Assembly (NCBI GenBank): GCA_964433415.1
Contig: CAYSQM010000006.1
Span: 2,755-66,754, forward strand
DNA: 64,000 nucleotides
Reading direction: 5' to 3'
Origin: an uncultured Pseudomonadota bacterium
GTDB taxonomy: Bacteria; Babelota; Babeliae; Babelales; CAIQNR01
Below, one piece after another: positions 29,335-38,318 of this stretch (the first letter of the stretch is position 1; each line of letters begins with the position of its first letter). Position numbers and translations under genes: made by a program. The notes below the pieces were generated by a model. It saw only the letters and a list, made by a program, of their open reading frames with translations. It was not told where the DNA came from and did not search any database.

Positions 29335-29700
29335 ATGAGTAAAGATGCATTTCAAGAAGAAAAAGAAATTTATTATCAAAAAATAGCACATAATAAAATT
29401 ACTCATCCAGAATGGGCACCGTTTATAGAAAATATTTTTGAAAAACGTAATGCGCTCTATCGTAATTTTTATCCTAAAAAACTAGATGTAGGCAAAACAG
29501 ATACTTATTACAACGAAAGATTACTCATAATCTTAAAGAAACAAATTGCTGAATATTTTGTTAATGGCAGCTTACTTACAAAAGACTATCATTCATTTAC
29601 TCTTGTATCTGATAGTCCCATTATGTCAGAAATATACAGCTTTAATGAAAAACCAATTTTATGCGGAAAAGATTCAACAGTTATTGAGTATACAGAATAG
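29335..29700 (+). CDS. hypothetical protein
   Basis: 121-aa ORF with no recognisable motif. Confidence 0.4.
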   Translation: MSKDAFQEEKEIYYQKIAHNKITHPEWAPFIENIFEKRNALYRNFYPKKLDVGKTDTYYNERLLIILKKQIAEYFVNGSLLTKDYHSFTLVSDSPIMSEIYSFNEKPILCGKDSTVIEYTE

Positions 29701-29839
29701 AATAATCAGAATTTTATTAATACATCGATCTTTCGTTCCCTCAAGATGACAACTAACCTTGATTTATAACGCAAGACATTGTACGTTTCTTACTACTCAA
29801 TCTATTGATAAAAAAATACCATAAACAGAGAGATGTCGC

Positions 29840-31216
29840 GTGACTGATTCATTTATTTTTCTAACCATACTTGGTTCTTTATGTACCTTTTATATAGCCG
29901 TAAGTTACTTTCTTTCAAAATCAATTCATACAAAAAAAGATTTCTTTTTAGGTGGTCGCTCTTTTGGTGTATTTCCGATAGCTGCAACACTGCTTGCAAC
30001 ACAAATTGGTGGAGGTATGTTTTTAGGAACAGCACAAGAACCGGTAAAAGGTCTTCTTTATATTCTTGGGCTTGCCATTGGTTTTCTTGTTTTAGGTTTT
30101 GGAATTGCACAAAAATACCGCGAATGTGAAGCAGAAACTATCAGTGAAGTGTTAGAAAAAAAATATCAATCACTCATGCTTGGTAGAATCTGTGCATTTA
30201 TTTCTTTAGCAAGCATTATAGGAATTCTTCTTGGGCAAGCAGTTGCTGCACGTTCTGTGCTTCTTTATTTTGGCGGAGAGTCTACTTGGATGGTCTTTCC
30301 ACTCTTCTGGCTTGCAATGGTTGCGTATACTTTTATTGGTGGCTTAAGTGCCGTAATTTTTACTGATATGATCCAAATTGGTATTGTTATTGTTGTTTTT
30401 ACCGGAATATTTACACATATTATTTTTAATGCCCCAGCGATTTTACTCTCATCTAAAGGTATACATTCTATCACAGATCTCCTTTTAAATACTCGTCTTA
30501 CAAGCGCCGATATAAGCCGTTTAGTTATTGTACCAGTACTCTTTTGTATTATAACTCAAGATTTAGCCCATAGATTTTTTGCTGCCAAAAACGGACTCAC
30601 CGCAAAACTTTCTGCAACCTATGCAGGAATTGCGCTCCTATTTTTCGGCTTTATACCATTTTTCTTTGGACTACGCGCGCAATTAGAACCACTTATTATC
30701 CCTCATGGAGTAAGTCCACTTTTACCTTATTTAAAAATACATACTTCTGCATTCTTTTTTATTTTAGCTGCATGCGGATTAATTGCTGCAATAGGTTCAA
30801 CTATTGATGGGCTCTTATGTGCTGGTGCTTCAGTGGTTGCAAATGTTTACGCAGGCGTTTACAAACATTCACATAACCAGGTTAAGCTTTCTCAAAAGAT
30901 AGTCTTTGCATTTGGTGTTCTCATTTTAATAACTTCTTATTTTATGCCTGCAAGTATTATTGACCTTTTAGTCAGCAGCTATGAAATTTCAGTTGCCTGT
31001 CTTATTATTCCAGTACTTTTTGCACTCTTTACTACACATAAAAAATTACCTTGGCAAAGTGGTTTATTAGCAATAATTTTTGGTATAAGTGGGTTTATTT
31101 TATCAAAAATCATACCAATCAATTTATTGCAAACATGGAGTTTTTTAGTATCTCTTATTTTATCAATCATTGGACATTTTATTGGAGATTTTCTGTACAA
31201 GCACAAAGATGTTTAA
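29840..31216 (+). CDS. sodium:solute symporter (SSF) family transporter
   Basis: ~13 TM helices; FFLGGRSFG near the N-terminus and LATQIGGGMFLG are typical of SSF. GTG start. Confidence 0.7.
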   Translation: MTDSFIFLTILGSLCTFYIAVSYFLSKSIHTKKDFFLGGRSFGVFPIAATLLATQIGGGMFLGTAQEPVKGLLYILGLAIGFLVLGFGIAQKYRECEAETISEVLEKKYQSLMLGRICAFISLASIIGILLGQAVAARSVLLYFGGESTWMVFPLFWLAMVAYTFIGGLSAVIFTDMIQIGIVIVVFTGIFTHIIFNAPAILLSSKGIHSITDLLLNTRLTSADISRLVIVPVLFCIITQDLAHRFFAAKNGLTAKLSATYAGIALLFFGFIPFFFGLRAQLEPLIIPHGVSPLLPYLKIHTSAFFFILAACGLIAAIGSTIDGLLCAGASVVANVYAGVYKHSHNQVKLSQKIVFAFGVLILITSYFMPASIIDLLVSSYEISVACLIIPVLFALFTTHKKLPWQSGLLAIIFGISGFILSKIIPINLLQTWSFLVSLILSIIGHFIGDFLYKHKDV

Positions 31217-31853
31217 ATGCTTCATCCAAGCTATCAGTTACAAAAATAAGATCTGCATCTTTTTTCAATAACAAACCTTCTTTTTCTGCATTACGAATAA
31301 AAAGTATTAAATTAGTCCAATAAACTGTATCAATAAGCACCACAGGAAAACGCTCTAAATGGCCTGTTTGCATTAATGTAGTTATTTCAAATAATTCATC
31401 TAAAGTGCCAAATCCACCAGGAAACACTGCAAATCCTGTTGAATAACGAGTTAAAAGAAATTTTCGTGCAAAAAAATATTTAGTAATAATATATTCATTA
31501 GCACATTTATTTTTCTTCTCTAACCCAAGACCCTTGACCCCTATTCCAACACTACGTGCTTTGTTTATATCTATTTCATTATTAAAAGCACCACAATTTG
31601 CCGCTTCCATAATGCCAGGCCCCCCACCAGTAATAACAGAAATATCATGTTCAATAAGCATTTTACCTAGTTGATGCGCCTGCTGAGCATAGGCATGCCC
31701 TTGTTCAATTTTACTCCCTCCAAATACGGTAACTACTGGCTTTTTTAGCTTAGACAATCGCCATACTCCATATACTACTCGCATATATTCAACAGTCATA
31801 TGCAGTATCAATGTTATTACTGCATAAATACTTTTAAAAAATAAACCAAACAT
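31179..31853 (-). CDS. LOG-family (TIGR00730) nucleotide phosphoribohydrolase
   Basis: TGGGPGIMEAANCGA and PGGFGTLDELFE signature motifs. The 3' end overlaps the symporter gene by 38 nt. Confidence 0.8.
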   Translation of the reverse strand: MFGLFFKSIYAVITLILHMTVEYMRVVYGVWRLSKLKKPVVTVFGGSKIEQGHAYAQQAHQLGKMLIEHDISVITGGGPGIMEAANCGAFNNEIDINKARSVGIGVKGLGLEKKNKCANEYIITKYFFARKFLLTRYSTGFAVFPGGFGTLDELFEITTLMQTGHLERFPVVLIDTVYWTNLILFIRNAEKEGLLLKKDADLIFVTDSLDEAFKHLCACTENLQ

Positions 31854-31990
31854 TCAATCTCCTTATCTAAAGCGCTTTACTACTCTCTTATTTTTTTATT
31901 TATTTCTTTATTTTTATCACTAATTACCTACTCATTGACAATAAAACATAATTTTTTTTATTATTAGCCTTATAGATAAAGAGGTGAATA

Positions 31991-33367
31991 ATGATATTTA
32001 ATAATTATTACAAAATTTTTATGGTATTAATTTTCACTCATTATAGTAATGCAATTGAAAGAGAATCTAAAAATTGCGAAATGACTATTTTTGTTCATGG
32101 AACTATTAAACCACCCGAAATATCTTTTTCTGATCTTATAAAGATTATTAAAGATAAAATTGACAATACTATTTATTCTCATGTTCTTTATTATATGCGC
32201 ACAGACCCTGAACTCTCTAAAGGTCAAGTAATGCAAGAACTTGGATTAAAATATATTGATGATACCAGCCATAAAACATTAAAAATTCTTAAAGAGATCT
32301 ATGATCATCAATTTAAATTAATAGGTAAAAACCCACAAAAAAACTTACTTTATACATTTGGATGGAATGGGCTATTAAGCTGGTCAAAACGTTACAAAGA
32401 ATCTCAATTTTTTTATGTAGAACTCAATAAAGAAGTCGAAAGACTTGCTACTTTAGGACTCTACCCATTCATTAGAATAATAACATTCAGCCATGGTGGA
32501 AATGTAGCACTCAATATGTCAATTGTAAAAGAGCAAGATCCATTTTCTAAAAAATATAACTTATCTGTTGATGAACTCATAATGCTTGCAGTGCCTGTTC
32601 AAGCAGAAACAGATCAACAAATTACAAGTCCATTTTTTAAAAAAATTTATCATTTTTATTCAAATGAAGACAATATTCAAACAATGGATTTCCTTTCTTC
32701 ACAAAAATTATTTTCAAATCGTTTTTTTAAAGGTACCTATGGTTATAAAATTCCAGAAACCATTACACAGGTTCAATTACGTATTACTAAAAAAATAGCT
32801 GGTAAAAAAAATATAATCGTTGAAAAAGATAAACCATATGCCATTTTAAATAGAAAAAAAATACGATTAGAACACAAAGATCCAAGTCATACTGAAATGT
32901 GGCATTTTAAATGGGCAACCAATTGGTATCATAAAAAGTTTCCATTAAACCCTCTACCAATAGTTGCTTTACTTCCCACAATTATTCATACTATTACAAC
33001 TTATAGCCCAAACCAAAATCATATTATTTTTGATTATTGCCCTTCAGTAGCAGGCGCTCTTTTAAAACAACATACAAAACGATCAAATAAATGCGCTGTA
33101 CCATTTTTAACAGAAGCTGATCAAAGAATATTATGGGAATTTGCAAAAAAATTTGAACCTGAATGCTTCTCTTTTGAACGACAAAAAGAACATATGGCAC
33201 TTTCACTAAAACGAGCGCAAAATCATCTTGATTCAATACAATCCTTTAGACGACCACGTAATAAAAAACTAGCTTCTTATTTTGAATGGGCCGGATCAGA
33301 TATTTTTGATGTGTTGCCAGAGTTTAAAAAGTTCAGAAAAATCCATTTGCTGAGCGCGCAATTTTAA
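31991..33367 (+). CDS. putative secreted alpha/beta-hydrolase (lipase/esterase-like)
   Basis: Hydrophobic N-terminus; TIFVHGT (oxyanion HG), ITFSHGGNVA (nucleophile-elbow-like xSxG), later YSNEDN and HKDPSHTE as possible Asp/His. Confidence 0.4.
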   Translation: MIFNNYYKIFMVLIFTHYSNAIERESKNCEMTIFVHGTIKPPEISFSDLIKIIKDKIDNTIYSHVLYYMRTDPELSKGQVMQELGLKYIDDTSHKTLKILKEIYDHQFKLIGKNPQKNLLYTFGWNGLLSWSKRYKESQFFYVELNKEVERLATLGLYPFIRIITFSHGGNVALNMSIVKEQDPFSKKYNLSVDELIMLAVPVQAETDQQITSPFFKKIYHFYSNEDNIQTMDFLSSQKLFSNRFFKGTYGYKIPETITQVQLRITKKIAGKKNIIVEKDKPYAILNRKKIRLEHKDPSHTEMWHFKWATNWYHKKFPLNPLPIVALLPTIIHTITTYSPNQNHIIFDYCPSVAGALLKQHTKRSNKCAVPFLTEADQRILWEFAKKFEPECFSFERQKEHMALSLKRAQNHLDSIQSFRRPRNKKLASYFEWAGSDIFDVLPEFKKFRKIHLLSAQF

Positions 33368-34087
33368 AATTTCTTCATCAATTTTTGTAAGATCTATATG
33401 AGTTTGTCCCAAATTATTACGCAAAGTACGTCTTGGCTGAATAAAACAAAGCTTAATAAACTTCCAAAATTCATCTTCATCAATAATCGGCTCTACATTT
33501 GGTTTTGCTTTAAAGTGCATAAGCCGTGAAAATACTTTTGGTGCTGGATAAAATGCAGTAGGTGGAACCTTAGTTAATAAAGTCCAATCGAAATAATACT
33601 GATAAAACAAAGAAATATACCCATACCCACGTCCAGAATCTTTGGTAATCTTTTGAGCAACCTCTTCTTGCACCATAATTACCCCTTCAGTTACCTTATC
33701 ACGATTCTTTTGCATCTTTCTTAAGATAGGAAATGTAATATTATAAGGTAAATTAGAAAGTAATAACCAAGGAGTATGCTCTTCAAAAATATCAAAATCT
33801 ATGTCTAAGATATTTGAAGTATTAACTGTCAATTTAGGACAAAAAAGATCTTTCCCAACTTTTTCTGACCATTCAGGGTCGATTTCAAAAACCCAAAGCC
33901 TTGCTATATCATTAGCTAAAATCGCACGCGTTAAAAAACCAGCCCCACAACCAATTTCAAAAATTGATCTATTTTTAAGATTCACTGCTGCTAACATATC
34001 TCGCACAACAGTGTGATCATGTAAAAAATTTTGACCATAATGTTTTTTTAATGCAATGCCATCAGACATCGGTTTTTTTATATACAC
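33296..34087 (-). CDS. rsmA: 16S rRNA (adenine1518/1519-N6)-dimethyltransferase
   Basis: KKHYGQNFLHD, EIGCGAGFLT and SNLPYNI. GTG at 34087, or ATG at 34069. Confidence 0.9.
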   Translation of the reverse strand: MYIKKPMSDGIALKKHYGQNFLHDHTVVRDMLAAVNLKNRSIFEIGCGAGFLTRAILANDIARLWVFEIDPEWSEKVGKDLFCPKLTVNTSNILDIDFDIFEEHTPWLLLSNLPYNITFPILRKMQKNRDKVTEGVIMVQEEVAQKITKDSGRGYGYISLFYQYYFDWTLLTKVPPTAFYPAPKVFSRLMHFKAKPNVEPIIDEDEFWKFIKLCFIQPRRTLRNNLGQTHIDLTKIDEEILKLRAQQMDFSELFKLWQHIKNI

Positions 34088-34203
34088 GTAAATACCTCAA
34101 AAATGTGTCGGCCTGAAAAACACTCACACTCGTCATTCAGAGCGTAGCGTGGGATCCAGTTATTAAATTAACTATGATTCTCTTTCTTACGATTCAAGTC
34201 TCA

Positions 34204-35283
34204 CTAGCTCATCAAAACGTCTCTAAAGATATCCAACGATTCAACAACCTTACCAGCTCCTTTAACTACGCAAAAAAGAGGGTCTTCTGCTACTCGTACA
34301 GGCAAACCAGTTTCTTTAGAAAGAAGACGATCTAAACCACGTAATAATGAACCACCGCCAGACATAACAATACCACGATCAACAAGATCTGAAGATAATT
34401 CTGGTGGAGTGCATTCTAAAGCAACACGTACCACATCAACAATATTTGCAATTGTTTCTAATAACGATTCATGAACTTCAGGACTTTTTAAAGAAATAGT
34501 TTTTGGTACGCCGGTGATTAAATCACGGCCTTTAACATCCATAAACATTTTATCAGTTTCACCATCCAATAATGCTGCACCAATAGTCATTTTTATAACT
34601 TCAGCCGTTCTTTCACCAATTAACAAATTATATTTACGCTTTACGTAATTCACAATTGCTCTATCCATTTCATCACCGCCAACACGGATAGATTGACAAA
34701 AAACAACATCTTTTAAGGTAATTACCGCAACTTCAGTAGTCCCTCCACCAATATCAACAATCATACTTCCGACTGGTTCTGATACGGGTAGGCCTGCACC
34801 AATTGCTGCTGCCATAGGTTCTAAAATTGGATATACTTCACGAGCACCTGCCTGTTTTGCAGATTCTTCAACTGCACGCTTTTCTACTTGAGTAATACCT
34901 GAAGGGACACCAATCACCATACGAGGGCTAATTAAAGTACGTCGATTATCATGCACTTCGCGAATAAAATGGCGCAACATACTTTCAGTTAATTCAAAAT
35001 TCGCAATAACCCCATCACGCATTGGACGACATGCAACAATAGATTCTGGAGTTCTACCAAGCATCTCTTTTGCTTTAGTGCCAGCTGCCAATACTTCATT
35101 GGTAGTCGAACGTACTGCTACCACTGATGGTTCATTTAACATGATACCTTTTCCTCGCACATAGACAACCGTATTAGCAGTACCCAAATCAATTGCTATA
35201 TCATTTGAAAAATAATCAAATAAACGACGTGCGGGCATAAACTTCATTAAATCGCGTATATTCATACTCTTTAGTACTTTCAA
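34204..35283 (-). CDS. mreB: rod-shape actin homolog MreB
   Basis: [25 protein letters not shown] and [12 protein letters not shown]. The track start is a TTG; ATGs at 35265 or 35247 are more likely. Confidence 0.9.
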   Translation of the reverse strand: MKVLKSMNIRDLMKFMPARRLFDYFSNDIAIDLGTANTVVYVRGKGIMLNEPSVVAVRSTTNEVLAAGTKAKEMLGRTPESIVACRPMRDGVIANFELTESMLRHFIREVHDNRRTLISPRMVIGVPSGITQVEKRAVEESAKQAGAREVYPILEPMAAAIGAGLPVSEPVGSMIVDIGGGTTEVAVITLKDVVFCQSIRVGGDEMDRAIVNYVKRKYNLLIGERTAEVIKMTIGAALLDGETDKMFMDVKGRDLITGVPKTISLKSPEVHESLLETIANIVDVVRVALECTPPELSSDLVDRGIVMSGGGSLLRGLDRLLSKETGLPVRVAEDPLFCVVKGAGKVVESLDIFRDVLMS

Positions 35284-35287
35284 ATTA

Positions 35288-36532
35288 TTAAAAATTCAAC
35301 GTAAATCCAAGAGATATGCGTTGTGTTTTACTTACATTTTTTGGCTTTAAAATTTTAACTGGTATATCCCATGAAAAAGTAATAATCGGTTGAATAGATT
35401 TTTCTTTAACCGAAGGAGTCATATCATAAAAAATATTGAACAAAAGATATTCTGTTTTCCATTTACTTTGTTCATACATCTGGGAATAAGTAATAGGGAT
35501 AGTTTTATCTAAACGAACATCTTGCCACACATCTCCACCACGAAACCCATATAAATATTGCAATTGAGCACCAAAGCCATCTTGCAAATCTTCAAATCGT
35601 ACTGTAGGCGAAATAACCACTGTTAAACCAGAACTCACTTCCATATTACCAGTAGTTGCGCCAAAAATAACCGGTTCACCAAGGACTGAAATACGTTTGT
35701 TTTGAGTTTTTTCTAAACGCTTATTCATACGAACTAGCAAAGCAAACCACCAATCTTCTTTAAGTTCTAAAGAAAAATCAGCTCCCATTAAAAATCCAAA
35801 ATGTTTATTACCATCAAAGGGAATTGAAGCACAATTATCTTCATCACGAGCAGGGCTTGTAGGGAATAAAATTCCTGAGCTAATACCAAAATCTGCTTTT
35901 CGTGATTTTAAAACATATTCACCAGTCCATCCACAACGTCCATAAATTTCAATATCTGTTAATCCTGACTGAGACCAACGATTTTCACTCAACCCAAGAG
36001 AAGTCAACATAGAACGCCTATTAGCATCTAATTCAAGTTCATCAGCTGCTGAAAGTCCAAGATCACGTTTAGTTTCTGTAGGTAATATAAAATTTAAATT
36101 AGAAGTAAGATGTAAAAAATTTCCAGACATACCTAATGAAAGAATTTTATTCACGGCAAATTCAGTTTCTAATGCAAGACCTTGTCCCTGAATTTTGCTC
36201 TGAGTATTCCACTTAATAGAATCAGCCAATTGCCATGCTGGTCTCAATGGATTAGGAAGACCAACTATAATTAAAGATCGGCCTAAAACTTTTTGATCAA
36301 ATTTTCCATAAAGTTCAGGGATACCTTTTTTCTTAATAGATTCATCACCATACGCACTATCGCCGGTAATAAAAAATCCTTCAGTTCTTAACCATGCTCT
36401 TTTTTCAACGCCCCTAAAAACAGGTCTTGGATTCCAAGGTAAAAATCTGTTATCAAAAGAAACAGAATACAAAGAATTTATTGATATAAAAGCTACCAAA
36501 CTAGTTAAAATAATTTTTTTTGTTTTTGTCAT
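35288..36532 (-). CDS. secreted protein, probable outer-membrane beta-barrel
   Basis: Signal peptide [23 protein letters not shown], alternating amphipathic strands and terminal ISLGFTLNF (C-terminal Phe). Confidence 0.45.
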   Translation of the reverse strand: MTKTKKIILTSLVAFISINSLYSVSFDNRFLPWNPRPVFRGVEKRAWLRTEGFFITGDSAYGDESIKKKGIPELYGKFDQKVLGRSLIIVGLPNPLRPAWQLADSIKWNTQSKIQGQGLALETEFAVNKILSLGMSGNFLHLTSNLNFILPTETKRDLGLSAADELELDANRRSMLTSLGLSENRWSQSGLTDIEIYGRCGWTGEYVLKSRKADFGISSGILFPTSPARDEDNCASIPFDGNKHFGFLMGADFSLELKEDWWFALLVRMNKRLEKTQNKRISVLGEPVIFGATTGNMEVSSGLTVVISPTVRFEDLQDGFGAQLQYLYGFRGGDVWQDVRLDKTIPITYSQMYEQSKWKTEYLLFNIFYDMTPSVKEKSIQPIITFSWDIPVKILKPKNVSKTQRISLGFTLNF

Positions 36533-36819
36533 CGCAATCACATCCATACTGTTCAAAAATAAGCATGACAACCTTCTCTAGAGAAGCTTATTGAGTATAT
36601 TATCTTAGTCAAGCTTATCTACAAAAAATTGTTTACTTATTTTAAGTTCACACTACACCTTTATTAACTTCATATGGACTACATTTTAATTTAATTATAA
36701 AATTAAGCACGTTTTAATTTTTAAATATAATTTAATATAAAAAAGATCGCCTTTAATTTCTTTCTAGACGATCTTTTAATAATTTATAAAATAATATAAT
36801 TATGTATTATTTTTACACC

Positions 36820-36840
36820 AAAAAGGCGCCTTAGGTCGCC
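36820..36840 (-). terminator. rho-independent terminator downstream of the LRR gene array
   Basis: Minus strand reads GGCGACC-TAA-GGCGCC (6 bp GC stem, 1-nt bulge) followed by TTTTT. Confidence 0.5.
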
Positions 36841-37006
36841 TGGCAAAAAATCACTATTCCTATTACCAATACTCCAAAGAATACTGCCACTACCAATGAG
36901 TGATTAAATCCAGAAAATAAAGCGTTTCTATTCTGATCAATCACTTTCATAGACTCATTCCAAAAGTTAATAGGCTCATTCTTATCATTTTTTTTCTTTT
37001 CATCAT
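36831..37006 (-). pseudogene. decayed remnant of a third LRR-family gene (start region plus tail-like ORF)
   Basis: The identical RBS/ATGATGAAAAGAAAAAAAATGATA start of the gene at 38114 reappears at 37006, but the frame stops after 19 codons (MMKRKKMIRMSLLTFGMSL*). A 39-codon ORF (36831-36950) encodes FSGFNHSLVVAVFFGVLVIGIVIF, reminiscent of the family tail FPVNHPLIAAATASAVLVAAAIV. Confidence 0.5.
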
Positions 37007-37210
37007 TTCTCCACTTAAAAAGTATTAATTTTATTATTTAATTTATTTACGAAATTACGCAACGATTACGCATTCCTTCTGCAGCACGACGCGCTTTTGC
37101 AGGATTTCTAGAAACTATCGCTGCCGCCACAAGAACTGCACTCGCTGTTGCTGCTGCTATTAAAGGATGATTTACAGGAAAAGATAAGACCCTTTCCATA
37201 AGAGATTCTG
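36982..37210. repeat. direct repeat copy A (229 bp; pairs with 38090-38318)
   Basis: Offset is 1108 bp. 36982-37190 is identical to 38090-38298, then 4 mismatches up to 37210. Covers a gene 5' start, a 40-bp spacer and the last ~51 codons of an LRR gene. Confidence 0.9.
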
Positions 37211-38114
37211 AAGGATTTAAACAAAGATAATAATTGTGATATTTAGGAAATTTTTTTAATAATCCTTGATATAATTCTTTATTGCATTCAAGTTGATTAC
37301 ATTTATAAAAATTCAAAATCACTAATTTTTCTAGAGCTAAAATTTCAGTTGCACAAAGTTTTAAAAGCTTTTCATTTTCACTAAGACACAAGTCTTGCAA
37401 AGAGTGATACAAACCTACAAATTGGTCCTTTTTTATTTCTTCCAATTCATTACGGCTAAGATTTAAACATGTCAATTTCGCTAAACCTGAAAATGCACCT
37501 TCATCAATTTTTTTAAGTTTATTACCGCGAAGATTTAAATGAGTCAATTGATTCAAGCCTATAAACATTTTTTTATTAATTTCTTCAAGACGGTTATCGC
37601 TAAGATTTAAGTGGCACAACGAAGAAAAATATTCAAAAAAATTGTTTGGTATTGTTTTCAATCTATTATTAGTCATCGACAAAACAACTAATGTAGTTAA
37701 GCCACAAAATTTATCCAGGCCACAAATTGAAGTCAAAAATAAATAATCCAATTCAAGCCAAGAGCGGTCTTCATAAATATTTGGTTGCATTCTCTCATTA
37801 AATTTATCAGAATTTTCATTAAAAACGTCTTCTAATGATATACATAGATCACCTTTAAATTTAGTAACTTCGCTCCCTAAAGGAGTATTCTTATATTCAT
37901 GCATGCTTCTTCCTTTATTCCCTTTATTCCCTTTTTTAAGTTCGTCTATAAGGAATTTTAGAATAACGGGTTCTGTCTTCTTTTCTGATATTGCTAATTG
38001 CTCCGCACTCTCTTCTGCTGACATTTGCTCTGCTGCAGTAACAAAGCCACAACTTAATAGACTCATTAAAAAAACAAACAATCCCATTTTTATCATTTTT
38101 TTTCTTTTCATCAT
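37047..38114 (-). CDS. secreted leucine-rich-repeat protein with hydrophobic/polybasic tail ending CVIS
   Basis: Signal peptide KMGLFVFLMSLLSCGFVTA. 24-residue LRRs include LCHLNLSDNRLEEI, LTHLNLRGNKLKKI and LTCLNLSRNELEEI. Tail is FPVNHPLIAAATASAVLVAAAIVSRNPAKARRAAEGMRNRCVIS. Confidence 0.8.
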   Translation of the reverse strand: MMKRKKMIKMGLFVFLMSLLSCGFVTAAEQMSAEESAEQLAISEKKTEPVILKFLIDELKKGNKGNKGRSMHEYKNTPLGSEVTKFKGDLCISLEDVFNENSDKFNERMQPNIYEDRSWLELDYLFLTSICGLDKFCGLTTLVVLSMTNNRLKTIPNNFFEYFSSLCHLNLSDNRLEEINKKMFIGLNQLTHLNLRGNKLKKIDEGAFSGLAKLTCLNLSRNELEEIKKDQFVGLYHSLQDLCLSENEKLLKLCATEILALEKLVILNFYKCNQLECNKELYQGLLKKFPKYHNYYLCLNPSESLMERVLSFPVNHPLIAAATASAVLVAAAIVSRNPAKARRAAEGMRNRCVIS

Positions 38115-38318
38115 TTCTCCACTTAAAAAGTATTAATTTTATTATTTAATTTATTTACGAAATTACGCAACGATTACGCATTCCTTCTGCAGCACGACGC
38201 GCTTTTGCAGGATTTCTAGAAACTATCGCTGCCGCCACAAGAACTGCACTCGCTGTTGCTGCTGCTATTAAAGGATGATTTACAGGAAAAGATAAGACTC
38301 TTTCCATAACAGATTCAG
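38090..38318. repeat. direct repeat copy B (pairs with 36982-37210)
   Basis: See copy A. Spans the 5' end of gene 37047-38114, the spacer and the 3' end of gene 38155-39357. Confidence 0.9.

Noticed and set aside
29546-31323. Short overlapping ORFs around and inside the symporter gene (29546-29749, 29853-30110, 29881-30129, 30265-30474, 30979-31206, 31051-31323).
   Set aside because: They are alternative or antisense frames of a well-supported 13-TM transporter gene or its flanks, with no independent signals.
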